Shown: positions 1-12,005, numbered from the whole stretch's first letter. The stretch is DNA of 63,818 bases, filler included, from Octopus bimaculoides (GCF_001194135.2; 9 parts of 9 records of this genome joined end to end with filler, not necessarily neighbours in it); one strand, 5' to 3'. Made by a program: numbers and translations. The notes: generated from the letters alone by a model not told the origin.

Positions 1-4
1 ACTT

Positions 5-53
<49 letters not shown>

Positions 54-55
<2 letters not shown>

Positions 56-1715
56 CCTAGGGATTTCTACATGGAACTCTTACTACAGAAAACAAACGAC
101 TTTCTTTCTACTCGGTGCAAGTCTGCTCTGTTACAATATAAATATTTATATATTTATACATGAATGTTCATCGTCTGAATATTTTCAGTATTTGTTTTCT
201 CTCTATTTACATGCATATATGTATGTATATTTTATATATCTAACCCCAATGGTTTTATTCATTTGCATCATTGTCTCTATATCTGCCCACCTGGATTTCT
301 GTTATATCAACTCTTCAACCTGCAGACTTACTTCTCAGTAAAAATTTCGGAATATAAGTTCAAATCATTTGAGCGCTAATAAGTGTTTCTCTGTATCTTA
401 TCTGTTGTTATACCCTTTACTCCATTGAGCACTACGGGCATATCCACAAAAAATATCCCAATTCCACTTAGGGATCTCTACGTAGAGCTCTTGCTACAGA
501 AAACAAAGGACTTTATAACTCGAATGAGGTGGAGGGCTCTCTACTTTGGACCTTTAAATCCGTTACCTCTAACCTCTCCAACGGCAAGGACTCTTACAAC
601 CTAAAACGCACAAAAATCCACCCACTAGCTCTGCATTGCCTGGCTTTGAAAAGGACCTACTTCGAATCTTAAGAAACATCAAGCTCTTTCATAAGATAAA
701 TTCTTTCCTCTCCAGGATTATACCTAACATAAGGAATTCTCCACACCTACACGTCTTTCCAGATAAAACAGAAGATCTCTTCTTCCTCCCGGTTGAAACA
801 TATACAAACTTCATATCCAATGAATTCAGCGGAAACTATAAGCATACACATAAGAACGCTCTTAAGGACAACCTTCATTGTAAGCTCATCGCGAACCTCG
901 GACCACTGAAAAGAACTGAACCATACACATCTAACTCACCCGTATTTCACCGTGAAGAACCATAAACTTAACTTCTCCACCAAATCTTCTGTTAGACCAA
1001 TTTACCCCACAAGATCATACTTGGGTCGAATTAGCAAATGCATAATCAACCGAATCCTACTTCTAGTTAGGAGTAAGGTTAAGCTTGCACTTTGGAATTG
1101 AACTAGTAACATCATCAATAGGTTCCACTCCCTTTCTGATAAACCACGCACCCATTTCCTTCAGTTTGACATTCCTAATTACTATGCTTCCGTCACCTAT
1201 CCTTTTAAATAAGGCCTTAATTTTTACAAGGTGTGCATCTATCTCCCAAACCGACATCGACATCATCCTGGCAGCTAGGAAAACATTTATATACTTCAAG
1301 AATAATTACAAGACCCACAATTCGTTTGTTGATTTATTTGATATAACCATGGGCTCATCCGACTCCACCTAGGTTACAGACCTGGTCGCCCTCTTCCTTC
1401 TTTCTCAGGTTAAGCAACCTCTCTGGAATTCTTACAGGGGTGATGCACTCTTGAAAGTCAACGGTTTATCTCGACCGCCAGTCGGAAACACCATAGATTC
1501 TTTTAAAATTATAGCCTATTTCTTTTGAAAATAACACTAAAGTTGCCAATTTCTTAGACGTCTCTCTATAATGACTTCAAGCCTTCCCTTTTAAACCTAC
1601 CCACAGAAGATCTTATGGTTTGTGCCACCTTTTTCCCTTCAAGTTAAATCCCTACTTAAACTTTTCTTTAAAATTCTAAACTACAATTTCCCTTCCCACC
1701 ACAACATAAATATCA
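54..1715 (+). mobile_element. Degenerate Penelope-like retroelement (PLE), reverse transcriptase region
   Basis: Frameshifted translation shows PLE-RT motifs in order: STKNIPIP...FITRMRWRALYF, VFPDKT, YFTVKNHKLNFSTKSSVRPIYPTRSYLGRISK, LLNKAL.F, FDITMGSSD (cf. FDVTMGSYDG) and YRGDAL (cf. YRDDGL). Many stops and frameshifts. Confidence 0.8.
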
Positions 1716-1718
1716 TTC

Positions 1719-1975
1719 TACGAATTGGTATCAAAAGTTCCATGACTAGTTACGTTTAATAAAAAAAATAACTAAGTTTTAACATCATCACCTTCAAAAT
1801 AGTCACCTTGCGCAGCACTACACCGGTGCCAGCATTCCTGCCACTTTTGGAATCCGGCCTGGAGGTCGTTTTTCGGATGCGAGTCGAGAGCTTTCTGCGA
1901 TCCGTTCTGGATCTCGACAGCGGAGTTAAAACGGTGACCTCTGAGCTGCATTTTAATCTTGGGGAATAGTAAACC
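1719..1975 (-). mobile_element. Mariner transposon 3' fragment with one TIR
   Basis: Minus strand reads LFPKIKMQLRGHRFNSAVEIQ...FQKWQECWHRCSAAQGDYFEG*, a mariner transposase C-terminus. TA-flanked TIR-like TACGAATTGGTATCAAAAGTTCCATGACTAG starts at 1719. Confidence 0.85.
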
Positions 1976-2145
1976 CTTGAAAAAAAGTAAAAGACTTGAA
2001 CATGTCCAGGGTTAATTCATTCAATTTGAATTTCTCACACTCACTGTTAACCACTCCGGCATAGGTGACGAAATTATACCTGCTTAACAGATATTAACAT
2101 CTGTCTTGACCGAATGTAATTATAACTTCTAAACAGAAAATAGCA

Positions 2146-4335
2146 TCTTCCCTAATGAGCAAAAAGGCTGTAAACCTGGGTCCTATCGTTGCAAAGATCA
2201 GCTTCTCATCAATAAGATGATTTCGGAAGATTGTCAGAAACAGCACAAGCACGTATCAATATCCTGGATAGACTATAAAAAAAAGTCTTTGATAGTCTAT
2301 CACATAAGTGAATTGAGAAATGTCTGGTAATTTATAAAAAGCACCTATTTTTGAGAAATTTCTTATCTGTGAGTATGGAATCATGGAAAACCATTGATTT
2401 TCAATAGTGAGAATGAATCTTTGAATGTTGGGAATGTAAGAATTTCATGTGGCATTTACCAGGGTGACTCTCTATCACCACTCCTCTTTTGTCTAGCCTT
2501 AACACCTCTCTCGAAATTGCTCGATGATGTACAATATGTCTATAAAATGTTTGGTAAAAATATAAATCACCTGATTTACATGGATGCTTTAAAGCTCTTT
2601 GCAAAAAATTATCAACAACTACAGGGCTTACTAGCGATTGTTAAACAATTCAGTGATGACATCAGGATGCAATATGGCCTCGAGAAATGTGCAAAAGCTA
2701 CTCTTATCAGAAGGGAAATGATATAAACATTCAGCGTTAAACTTAACCTACAGAATGTTATAAAGGAGTTAGGATCAGAGAAGGGTTACAGATACTTAGG
2801 AGTACATGAAAGTGAGGGAATCAAGCATTCAATGATGAGGGGAAAAGACCAAAAAAGGTTATTGCAGGGTAAGGGCAATAGTCAAGACGCAATAAACAGG
2901 ATCGAAACAATTAATACTTTAGCCATACAAGTCGTGACTTACAGTTTCAATATCATTTACAGGTCAACTACTGAAAACTGTAAGCTTCATAGAAAAATTC
3001 GAAAACTGTTGACAATGAACAGAATGCACCACCTTTCGGCTGATGAAGAACGACTTTACTTGCCAAGAAAAGAGGGTGGCACTGAAGATTACCACAATTG
3101 ACCAAAGCACTTACCTGAAAAATTCTGATGCCTGGATGTTAAAACTTGTTTTAAAGTACAAAATCAAGAAAACCGCATAGTCGGTAACAAAACAGGCAAG
3201 GAAATACCTTAATGAATTCCAAATACCACCAATCCCAGAAACAATCGTAGAAGAAGCTAAACGTATGAAATCTCTTGCTAAAACTGCTGCCCTCGATATT
3301 CTCACCAATAAATGGCCAGAAAAACCTCTCAGTGGCAAATGCCATAATAATGCTGGTGTTGGCAAAGCCCTTACCTATCAATGGTTAGCGTCTTCTGGCT
3401 TAAAATCAGAGACAGAAATGTTTATCATAGCAGCCCAGAATCAATGCTTACCTACAAGAAGTTACCAGGCCAACATCGTGTATGGAAATCACAAGCAGAA
3501 ACCATCGCACATGTTGTCTCCATGTGCAGCCTTCTTGCGACAACAGAGTATCTCAACAGGCATGATAGAGCGACACAGTATATTCACTGGGTAATTTGCA
3601 TAGCTTGGACTTGCCCCATGATAAAAACTGGTAGGAACACAAACCACTTCCAGTGCTTGAAAATGATCACATCTCACTCCTTTGGACCTTTGCTGTTCCA
3701 ACTGATAGAAAGATAGATGCAAATAGGCCAGACATCATATTAAAAGATTTCAGACAAAAATCATGTTTCCCTATTGATATGACTGTCTCAATCGACATAA
3801 ATATATCTGTTAAGACCTACCAAAAGCTGAGCAAATATAAAGATCTTGAAATAGAAACTGGCAAAATGTGGAACCTCAAGACTAGAACAATACCTGTTGT
3901 CATAAGTGCTCTAGAAATGATAGCAAAAGGAGCTGATTGCTACCTATCTCATATACCAGGAAATCCAAAAATGGAAGAAACTGAAAAAATAGTGCTCATG
4001 GGAACTACTCATATCCTAGGAAAAATATTATCTATGTGATTCTAAAAACATTTTAATCCGTAAACATTATCAAAAATACTTTTAAATGTATGTGATAGCA
4101 AATACTTTTTACTGTCGTCTTAAGATCACACTATCATCTTATCAAATTACTTTCAAAAGAAACTCTTAATTTTCTTGTTTTGATAGACACTCTATAGAAC
4201 AATACTCTGTGCAAAACAAAAAAATATGGTACCCTAATCATAATACCAACTTGAACTTCTAACTTGTTGTCTCTTGAGGCCTCTGGATGAAACAAGAAGT
4301 CAACTTGTACAAATAGAAAGCAAAAGCCAAACATA
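2146..4335 (+). mobile_element. R4/Dong-clade non-LTR retrotransposon, 5'-truncated and decayed (RT + CCHC + restriction-like endonuclease + 3'UTR)
   Basis: Motifs EQKGC..KDQLLINK, SWIDYK, GIYQGDSLSPLLFCLAL, NHLIYMD.LKL, LYLPRKEGG, GLKSETE.FIIAAQ, ETIAHVVSMC, RPDIILKD...IDMTV..D, K.SKYKDL.IE and IPVVI.AL. The 3'UTR ends in (TGA)n(TAA)n at about 4337-4377. Confidence 0.92.
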
Positions 4336-4399
4336 TAATGATGATGATGATAATAATAATAATAATAATAATAATAAATGTATTAAATGCCGATCAAGT

Positions 4400-4738
4400 A
4401 ACACCAAGGTGGTTGACAATGAGTAGGACAGTGCTGTGCTTGAAAAACATCGAAGAAGGCAATACGGTAGACAATTACAGGTCGATGTCCTGCTTGCCAC
4501 TTATGTGGAAATTATTGACTGGAATAGTCACAGAGTCAATGTACAGACATCTGGAAAAAAATGGAGTCCTGCCACATGAGCAGAAGTGGTGCCAGCTTAA
4601 GCGCAGAGGTACCAAGGATCAACTCCTGGTAGACAAAACTGTACTCAGAGACTACAAGAGGAGGAAAACTAATTGGCCATATCATGGATCGATTATCGTA
4701 AGGCATACGATATGATCCCACATTCTTGGATTATGAAC
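4400..4738 (+). mobile_element. R4/Dong RT fragment (second, diverged copy)
   Basis: [20 protein letters not shown]...LPHEQK...[10 protein letters not shown], then (frameshift) [16 protein letters not shown]. Confidence 0.85.
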
Positions 4739-4769
4739 CTATTTGTCTCTCAAAGCCCAACCCCTCGTC

Positions 4770-4945
4770 GTGAGAGATGGAAACAGGTAAAGCTGGTCTA
4801 TTAATGCTTTAACCGCTTTCTTAGTCAGCATCAGAGCTACTCCCCTTGTGTGACACGCATTATCATCTTTGTGTCCTGAGTATATAATTGTTTTTCCTGA
4901 AGCTAGCTTAGTTTGTCCATTATCAATCCACCTAGGTTCACCACC
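4770..4945 (-). mobile_element. RTE-clade LINE apurinic endonuclease N-terminal fragment
   Basis: EPRWIDNGQTKLASGKTIIYSGH...HTRGVALMLTKKAVKALID, the typical RTE APE segment (SEVRW.G.G...YSG...GVA). Confidence 0.7.
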
Positions 4946-5140
4946 CAAAAGCAGACGTCCACAGGCTCAAAGTCCCACGAAAGGAAGGCGGCAGAAGTCT
5001 AATCCAACTTGAAATTTCGTATAAAACGACTGCGATAAGACTCAAAATGACCATCCAAAGTAACATTGAGTGGATGATACAACTGGTAAGGCAACACGAA
5101 CAGAGTGAGAAACTGCACTCAATCTCAAAGCATTCCTTAG
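4946..5140 (+). mobile_element. R4/Dong post-RT fragment
   Basis: HPKADVHRLKVPRKEGGRSLIQLE.SYK (cf. HPKADVDRLY.PRKEGGRGL). Confidence 0.75.
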
Positions 5141-5194
5141 GCACCATACCCAACTTGACCACTGTTTCTCACTATAGTTTTAAAGTTACCTAAG

Positions 5195-5362
5195 GAACCT
5201 GCTGAAGAATTTATTATGGAAATACAGCGTATCGCTAATTCTTATCTACGGTTAATTAGATTGCTCTCCGACGTATTTGGAGTGACTCCTCTACGCATAT
5301 CTCACATCTCCTTCGTCTTATTTCATATGGTTTTGCTCGACTTAGGATTGACCATTTTAGTT
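5195..5362 (-). mobile_element. Penelope-like GIY-YIG endonuclease C-terminal fragment
   Basis: Minus strand reads SILSRAKPYEIRRRRCEICVEESLQI...LINRR*EL..RC, matching the PLE tail W.IL...PY....C.LC..E..I...LN.R.E. Confidence 0.65.
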
Positions 5363-5410
<48 letters not shown>

Positions 5411-6339
5411 NNNNNNNNNNNNNNNNNNNNNNNNNNNNNNNNNNNNNNNNNNNNNNNNNNNNNNNNNNNNNNNNNNNNNNNNNNNNNNNNNNNNNNNNNN
5501 NNNNNNNNNNNNNNNNNNNNNNNNNNNNNNNNNNNNNNNNNNNNNNNNNNNNNNNNNNNNNNNNNNNNNNNNNNNNNNNNNNNNNNNNNNNNNNNNNNNN
5601 NNNNNNNNNNNNNNNNNNNNNNNNNNNNNNNNNNNNNNNNNNNNNNNNNNNNNNNNNNNNNNNNNNNNNNNNNNNNNNNNNNNNNNNNNNNNNNNNNNNN
5701 NNNNNNNNNNNNNNNNNNNNNNNNNNNNNNNNNNNNNNNNNNNNNNNNNNNNNNNNNNNNNNNNNNNNNNNNNNNNNNNNNNNNNNNNNNNNNNNNNNNN
5801 NNNNNNNNNNNNNNNNNNNNNNNNNNNNNNNNNNNNNNNNNNNNNNNNNNNNNNNNNNNNNNNNNNNNNNNNNNNNNNNNNNNNNNNNNNNNNNNNNNNN
5901 NNNNNNNNNNNNNNNNNNNNNNNNNNNNNNNNNNNNNNNNNNNNNNNNNNNNNNNNNNNNNNNNNNNNNNNNNNNNNNNNNNNNNNNNNNNNNNNNNNNN
6001 NNNNNNNNNNNNNNNNNNNNNNNNNNNNNNNNNNNNNNNNNNNNNNNNNNNNNNNNNNNNNNNNNNNNNNNNNNNNNNNNNNNNNNNNNNNNNNNNNNNN
6101 NNNNNNNNNNNNNNNNNNNNNNNNNNNNNNNNNNNNNNNNNNNNNNNNNNNNNNNNNNNNNNNNNNNNNNNNNNNNNNNNNNNNNNNNNNNNNNNNNNNN
6201 NNNNNNNNNNNNNNNNNNNNNNNNNNNATAATAGTAGACTTACTTGTAAAATAGGACGTGTGCGTTCAATAATGTAATAATACAAAGAATATATATACAT
6301 GTATACACACATATATGTACATACTTACATCTACATGTG

Positions 6340-6540
6340 TATATACATGCATATCAGGGTACAGGACGTTAGAACAATAAACTACAGACAACGGAACGAA
6401 CACATAGGAAAACGGAAAGCCCCTTGGAATATCCCTTCATCAGCTGTCTCTATTCTATCTAGACGTTTCGAAGACCAGACAGGACGTACTCTAGAATAGT
6501 CTCTTCCTGAGTAGTGGATCAACCAACTACACAGAGGATT
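6340..6540 (-). mobile_element. PLE-type terminal repeat remnant with hammerhead-core-like words
   Basis: Minus strand contains AGAGAC...GTCTTCGAAACGTC and CAGCTGATGAAGGG, followed by a T-rich 3'UTR-like tail running into (TA)n/(TG)n. Confidence 0.4.
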
Positions 6541-6559
6541 CCAAGAGAAGAAATTGTTC

Positions 6560-6950
6560 AATATTATTGAATTTGGCTCGGATTTTCAAGAATTTAAAAC
6601 AAATGACTTTTGGTGTGAAACATTTTAAATTGTGGCAAGTAGGAGACAATGATGTTCAGAGACGGCTGGAAACTGATGAAGATGATTGACTATCGAGAAA
6701 GTGTCAAAGAAATTGTGGGCAAGACTACAGAGCAAGGTAGAAGAAAATGAATGTAGAGAAATGACACCATTAAAGTCAACATTGTCTGAAAGCAGGAACC
6801 TTCATGGATATTGCCCTCCACTTCACAGGGACATCTGATCCCAAGATTGACCCCTAACCATGAATGTTTTGACAATTCAGAACGAATTAAGAAACTCCAC
6901 CAGACAACTGAAGCTGGACAATTTCTTTAAGCTAGTCTCCCCCACAGCTC
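6560..6950 (+). mobile_element. Possible pogo/Tigger transposase C-terminal remnant
   Basis: DVQRRLETDED and NSTRQLKLDNFFK resemble Tigger C-termini (..QTTLD.FF). Heavily decayed. Confidence 0.3.
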
Positions 6951-7392
6951 TTATTTCTCCTCGAACAGCTTCTGGTAAACCATAAACATCTACAAACAGA
7001 TGGCACCAGTGGTTCTATTTGTAGATATTTCAGAAAACTGACTAAAGTGAATTTCTCTACACTGTTACCTTCCGACACTGAATAAAGACTTCCGTTACAG
7101 TTACCTCAAAATACCCAACTAAACCGTCAAAAAAGGAAACAGGAATTTCGTATTCTTTACTGAGTTCATAATTTTCTAATTTAATTTTAGATACATATCT
7201 CAGAAGTTTTATATAACATTAAAAATAATATAAAATAGCCCCGAGGTTACCTTCAATGGAAGGCTCTAACTGACACAAACACTAGGTTAATCGTTGACCT
7301 TCGGTTTAATAGACTTTTGGCATTGACGGACACTTCTCTCCTATGATTCCGATAAATAAAGGATTTAACACATACATACATACATACATACA

Positions 7393-7423
<31 letters not shown>

Positions 7424-7439
7424 TTGAATGTCGAACTGT

Positions 7440-8596
7440 ATCACTCAGGCAACACCTGCTGAACAGAAAAGAAAGAAACGAGTATATTCCATGCATATTC
7501 AAAAGTGAGAGCAACATCTTCAGAGTTGGAGAAGATCTACTGTGGCGTTACTCTGAGAATACAACTGCCTCATGCGACCCAAAGGAAGTTGGACTGGCCT
7601 ACCAAAACAGAAACTTGGATGGGGAGCAGGCATCATACCCGCAAAAAGCAATGCATGGGTACATATCCTGTAAGCTAGAGAGTAACAACAGCACTGACAG
7701 GAAGAGTAGCCTCTCCTGGACCTGCGATAGATGCATTACATCCCACCTAGAAGGATGCGTGTGCTATCACTATCCAGGAACAGAAGATATCTATTAAATG
7801 CATGATAAACAAAAGGGACAAAGATACCACTAAACCTCCATGTTGATTTTAAAAAAATGTAGGCTTTGCTATACCAGTGTGAAAGACAATACCCATATCA
7901 TTAGGTCTTCCTCCAAATGTCTACGAGACACTACCTGCCCCTGAGGTGTGATATAGTTGCAAAGACTACTCGTAGGAAGGATTGCCCTGATATATAAAGG
8001 CATGTCAGAACCAGCAGGTATTCATACCTTTAAAAACATGGAATACTGGTGGAACATCCCAATAAAAGCGTAACAGACCTAATATTATTCTATGGAACAA
8101 AAACACAAAAGTCATGCGTTGTTGTAGAGGTCCAGTAGGTGTAAATGTACAATGAAAAATTCAGGAAAAAAAGAGAACATTTATGGCGAATTAATGCGGA
8201 ACTTACAGCTCTTGTATCTTGAAAATGAATTCGCATTTGTACCTATCATCATAGGTGCATTAGGCTATGTTGTACCAACAAATTTGCCCTAAAACCTAGA
8301 AACACTTGGTTTCACGGAGAATGAGTAAAAGAAACTGCTGCAGATTCTCCAAATCCAATCTATTAATGGCGCAGTGAAGATTTGTAAGACATTCTAGAAA
8401 TTCTCCATTTGAGATTCTTATGTGAATAGATGCACACACATGGGTGTAGTATGCATCGTCAGTTCAACCAACACACCAACTCAACCACATATTTACAAAT
8501 ACTGGGAACTCTCTTAACTCAAAATGTCTTGTTGTTTTGTTAACGACCGGATTGAATTGCCTTAAGAAGAACTTAAATAAAACTCAAGGAAAAATC
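7440..8596 (+). mobile_element. R4/Dong-type LINE 3' half, lineage 2 ((CATA)n-flanked)
   Basis: QKAMHGYISCKL, CRLC...ED.THII, EYWWNIPIK, YGELMRNLQLLY, FVPIIIGALGYV and LQIQSING.VKICKTF. The 3'UTR ends AATAAAACTCAAGGAAAAAT followed by (CATA)n. Confidence 0.85.
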
Positions 8597-8659
8597 ATAC
8601 ATACATACATACATACATACATACATACATACATACATACATACACACATACATACATA

Positions 8660-9420
8660 CATATGCGCGAAGAGAACATCCCATGTTTTGGCGATGAGCT
8701 TCTCATGAAGTACTTTCTTCCTGACGACCTCCCATACAATCCCCAAACTGCCGGAGTAACATACCTCAAAGAAGACCAGGATGTGAAAAGCTTAGCATAC
8801 GAAGAAGAAAAAAAGACTATGCATGGGTATGTTTCCCGAAGACTTGAAGACGACGCTAATATCAACAAGAATTGTAACCTTTCTTGAATTTGTGACCTCT
8901 AAATCACATTCCACTACCAAGGTTATGCATTTTTCAATATAAAGGCAACAGATTGCTACGAAATACCTAATAAACAAAAGAGACAGCGAAGCCCTTGGAG
9001 ACCGAAGATGCAGCCGAAAAAATAGATTATGCCACGTTTCTGTGGAAGACATCACACGTGCGATTAGCAGCTGCCCAAAATACCTTCAAAGTACAACCTC
9101 CCAGTGTGACTTAACATTTGGCGCTAAAACAGTGCCATCCGAAAAGAAGACTGTCTTGGGATAAATATAGAGAATCCCTCTGTTACTGAACACATATATA
9201 AACATCAACACAAGGATTGAACATCCCTATCAAAACTTGTATCAAGTGTAAACATAACAGGCCGAATATTGTTGTTTGAGATAGACAAGTCATAGAGGTC
9301 AGCTACCGTTGATGTGAATATCTCTGAAAATCAAAGAGAAAAGTAATAACTATGGACAACTGCTTCGAATCCTCCAGTTTCTATATACAGATCATAAATT
9401 TACATTTATCCCCTTGATCA
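8660..9420 (+). mobile_element. R4/Dong-type LINE fragment, lineage 2, tandem diverged copy
   Basis: KTMHGYVSRRLEDD, IATKYLINKRD, RLCHVSVEDIT.AISSCPK, NRPNIVV and YGQLLRILQFLY..KFTFIPLII; colinear with 7600-8260. Confidence 0.8.
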
Positions 9421-10312
9421 ACTTGACCGACCAAACTGTCGATCGCCGTTTCGATACCGCTGCTCACAGCACACCGTCCATTCCTCTCTAGATCGTGCCC
9501 TACTCATCCACGTAGCTCCGAACGCTCGTCTTATTTCGTCGACCCATCGTTTTGGCGGTCTTATATTATACCAATAATAATTAGTGCACTTGGTTTTGTG
9601 AATAAATACCTAAATAGCAATCTGGAAATGTTAGGGTTTTCAGACAAAGAACTTACCAATTTAATATGCACTTTACAAATAGTCTGTAAGCGGAACAGTA
9701 AAAGTATGCAAGACTTTTCTCAAGTTTAGAATATGACACTGTTTTTCTTATCTACATTCCAACGATGGGGCTTTGTATCTTTGTTTAAAAATCTGCTCCG
9801 TTCATAAAGGAGACTTCAAATAATCGAATACAGAAGAGAACATACATACACACATAGAGAAAAGCAGAAGCGAAAAATAGAGAGTCCATATTTAATCTCC
9901 TTTCTGTCAACATCTCAAATGTAAAATTCTTCCCTGAAGACGGAGGTTGGTATTATCCAATGATGAAATCAAGTTACAATCAATTTTGGGACGACCAAGC
10001 CCCCAGCCCCCACCCAAAAAAACAGCTGTTGGACTCCTAAAACTCTTATTCAACCCCTTTAATTCTTGATATCATTTCTTTTATGTGTGTCTGACCTTTT
10101 TGTCTGTAAACATCTACATTTTTTGTATTAAATGTATTTAATATTTTTTGTACATCGATTTGCCGAACTTGCTTATCCTTATATTTACTCCGCTACCTGC
10201 TCAAGTTTAAATTCTTTGAGCACTAAAAAGAGTATTCTACACAGAAAATAACTGTCTTTCATCTATGTGTGTGTGCGCGCTCACACATGTGCGTGGATAC
10301 GTATAGAAAAAT

Positions 10313-10367
10313 ACATTCAAGCAACCCGTGTACTTCACATTCAAGCAACCCGTGTACTTCACATTCA
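10313..10367. repeat. 24-bp perfect tandem duplication (ACATTCAAGCAACCCGTGTACTTC x2.3)
   Basis: Read directly: units at 10313-10336 and 10337-10360, plus a partial unit. Confidence 0.95.
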
Positions 10368-10433
10368 TATATTTTTTGTTTTTCTCTTGCCTCTCTTATT
10401 ATGTATGTATATATGTGTGTATGTATATGTATG

Positions 10434-10464
<31 letters not shown>

Positions 10465-10489
10465 ATATCTACTACATATGTTGGAAATT

Positions 10490-10700
10490 CTGTCTGTGGG
10501 TGTGTTTGTGGAGTTGTTAGCTAACTCCTCCTACATCATTTATTCGATTTTGATGAAACTTGACACGTGAGTAGAACTCATGTCTAGAAACTCCATGGCA
10601 TACTCAGGTTGTTGAAAAAATCTATAATAGGTCCCCTGAAAGGGATCCTTATAAATATCTAATATATTTCATTTTAACAGCCAAGGAAAATAATGAATTC
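10490..10700 (-). repeat. Dispersed repeat, same family as 63010-63430 (opposite orientation)
   Basis: TTGACACGTGAGTAGAACTCATGTCTAGAAAC is the reverse complement of GTTTCCAGACATGAGTTCTACTCACGTGTCAA at about 63120-63151; flanks also align. Confidence 0.8.
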
Positions 10701-11758
10701 GCTCAAATTTTAACAGCCAAGAGAAATAACCCATTCCCTTTCCTAAATCACTTGATATGAATCAAATTGAGTATGTTTATTTCTTAGTATTTGAACTGAA
10801 CGGAAATCAGTGTCGGGTTTTGTAAGACCTCTGATAGTTTGAATTTTGACTGGCACGGGTTACGCTGTCGTTCTACTTAAATGTCTATATCATACGTGAC
10901 ATTATGAATCACACACCATTTGTCACAAAAACGAAATTAAAATTAAATCAGAGTTAGGTAATCATCAGGAGCCCATACTAAAAATAGTAGCTAACATGCT
11001 ACGGGCATTTACCTGTCATGAAAAAGTGATTATCGTCAAACTGGAATTCCACCACATACTTACATAATGGCTGCACACTCGTGACCGAATGCACATGCAA
11101 AATGTCAGCAACGCATGCTCATAAGATTATTGCACCAGAAATCGGCTTCACCCGATTTCGCGACCGCGGTTTCCATGCTCGCCGCGACGCCCTGCTATTC
11201 AGCAGGGCATCGGAAAGTAATCTCACCGGCGATTTTAGGTCCACTATGGCTTGCACGACCTCCAAACAGACCCTACTGACATGATCCAGCGACAAACCAG
11301 CGCAAGATATTCAGTGCCAATATGGGTCACAGGCTCAGGAATGCGGGAGCGCCATTATCTGAAGCGCAAGCAAAAAAACCTCCAAAATGTTTGATACCAT
11401 TCCTTGCATATCTGGTTTTATAACAGAGTGACCTACTCTTAGAAACATGCTTTAATAAAAGCTGAAGAATGCCTCGCTCTCAGTGGTCTTCAAGCACGCC
11501 GGACACCAACTCGGAATTTTTATCTGCCTGTGTTATTGCTAGAGAGTCGTTGAACCTTAAGTTCATCCGTCATTTTGAACGAAATTGATTTTAGATCTGC
11601 TGGATTTCTAGCTGCCCTTCTTCACCAGGCAAACATACATACATACATACATACATACATACATACATACATACACGCATTCATGCATACACACATACAT
11701 ATATACATACATACATACATACATGCATGCATACATATATACATACAACAACAACAGC

Positions 11759-11820
<62 letters not shown>

Positions 11821-11821
<1 letters not shown>

Positions 11822-12000
11822 CCTTTCTACTGGAAGCACAAGGCCTCAATTTTGAGAGAAGCGATTAAATCGATTACATTGATGCCAGTGTGTAACTGGT
11901 ATTTATTTAATCGACCCCGAAAGGATGAAAAGCAAAATCGACCTCGGCAAAATTTAAACAAAGCATTTCATCAGGCGTGCTAACGATTCTGCCAGCTAGC
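11821..12000 (-). mobile_element. tRNA-derived SINE with Nin/Deu-like core (family A)
   Basis: Reverse complement has the head GCTGGCAGAATCGTTAGCACG and the core TTTCATCCTTTCGGGGTCGAT..ATA..TACCAG; it abuts a (TAA)n tract. Confidence 0.8.
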
Positions 12001-12005
12001 AGACT

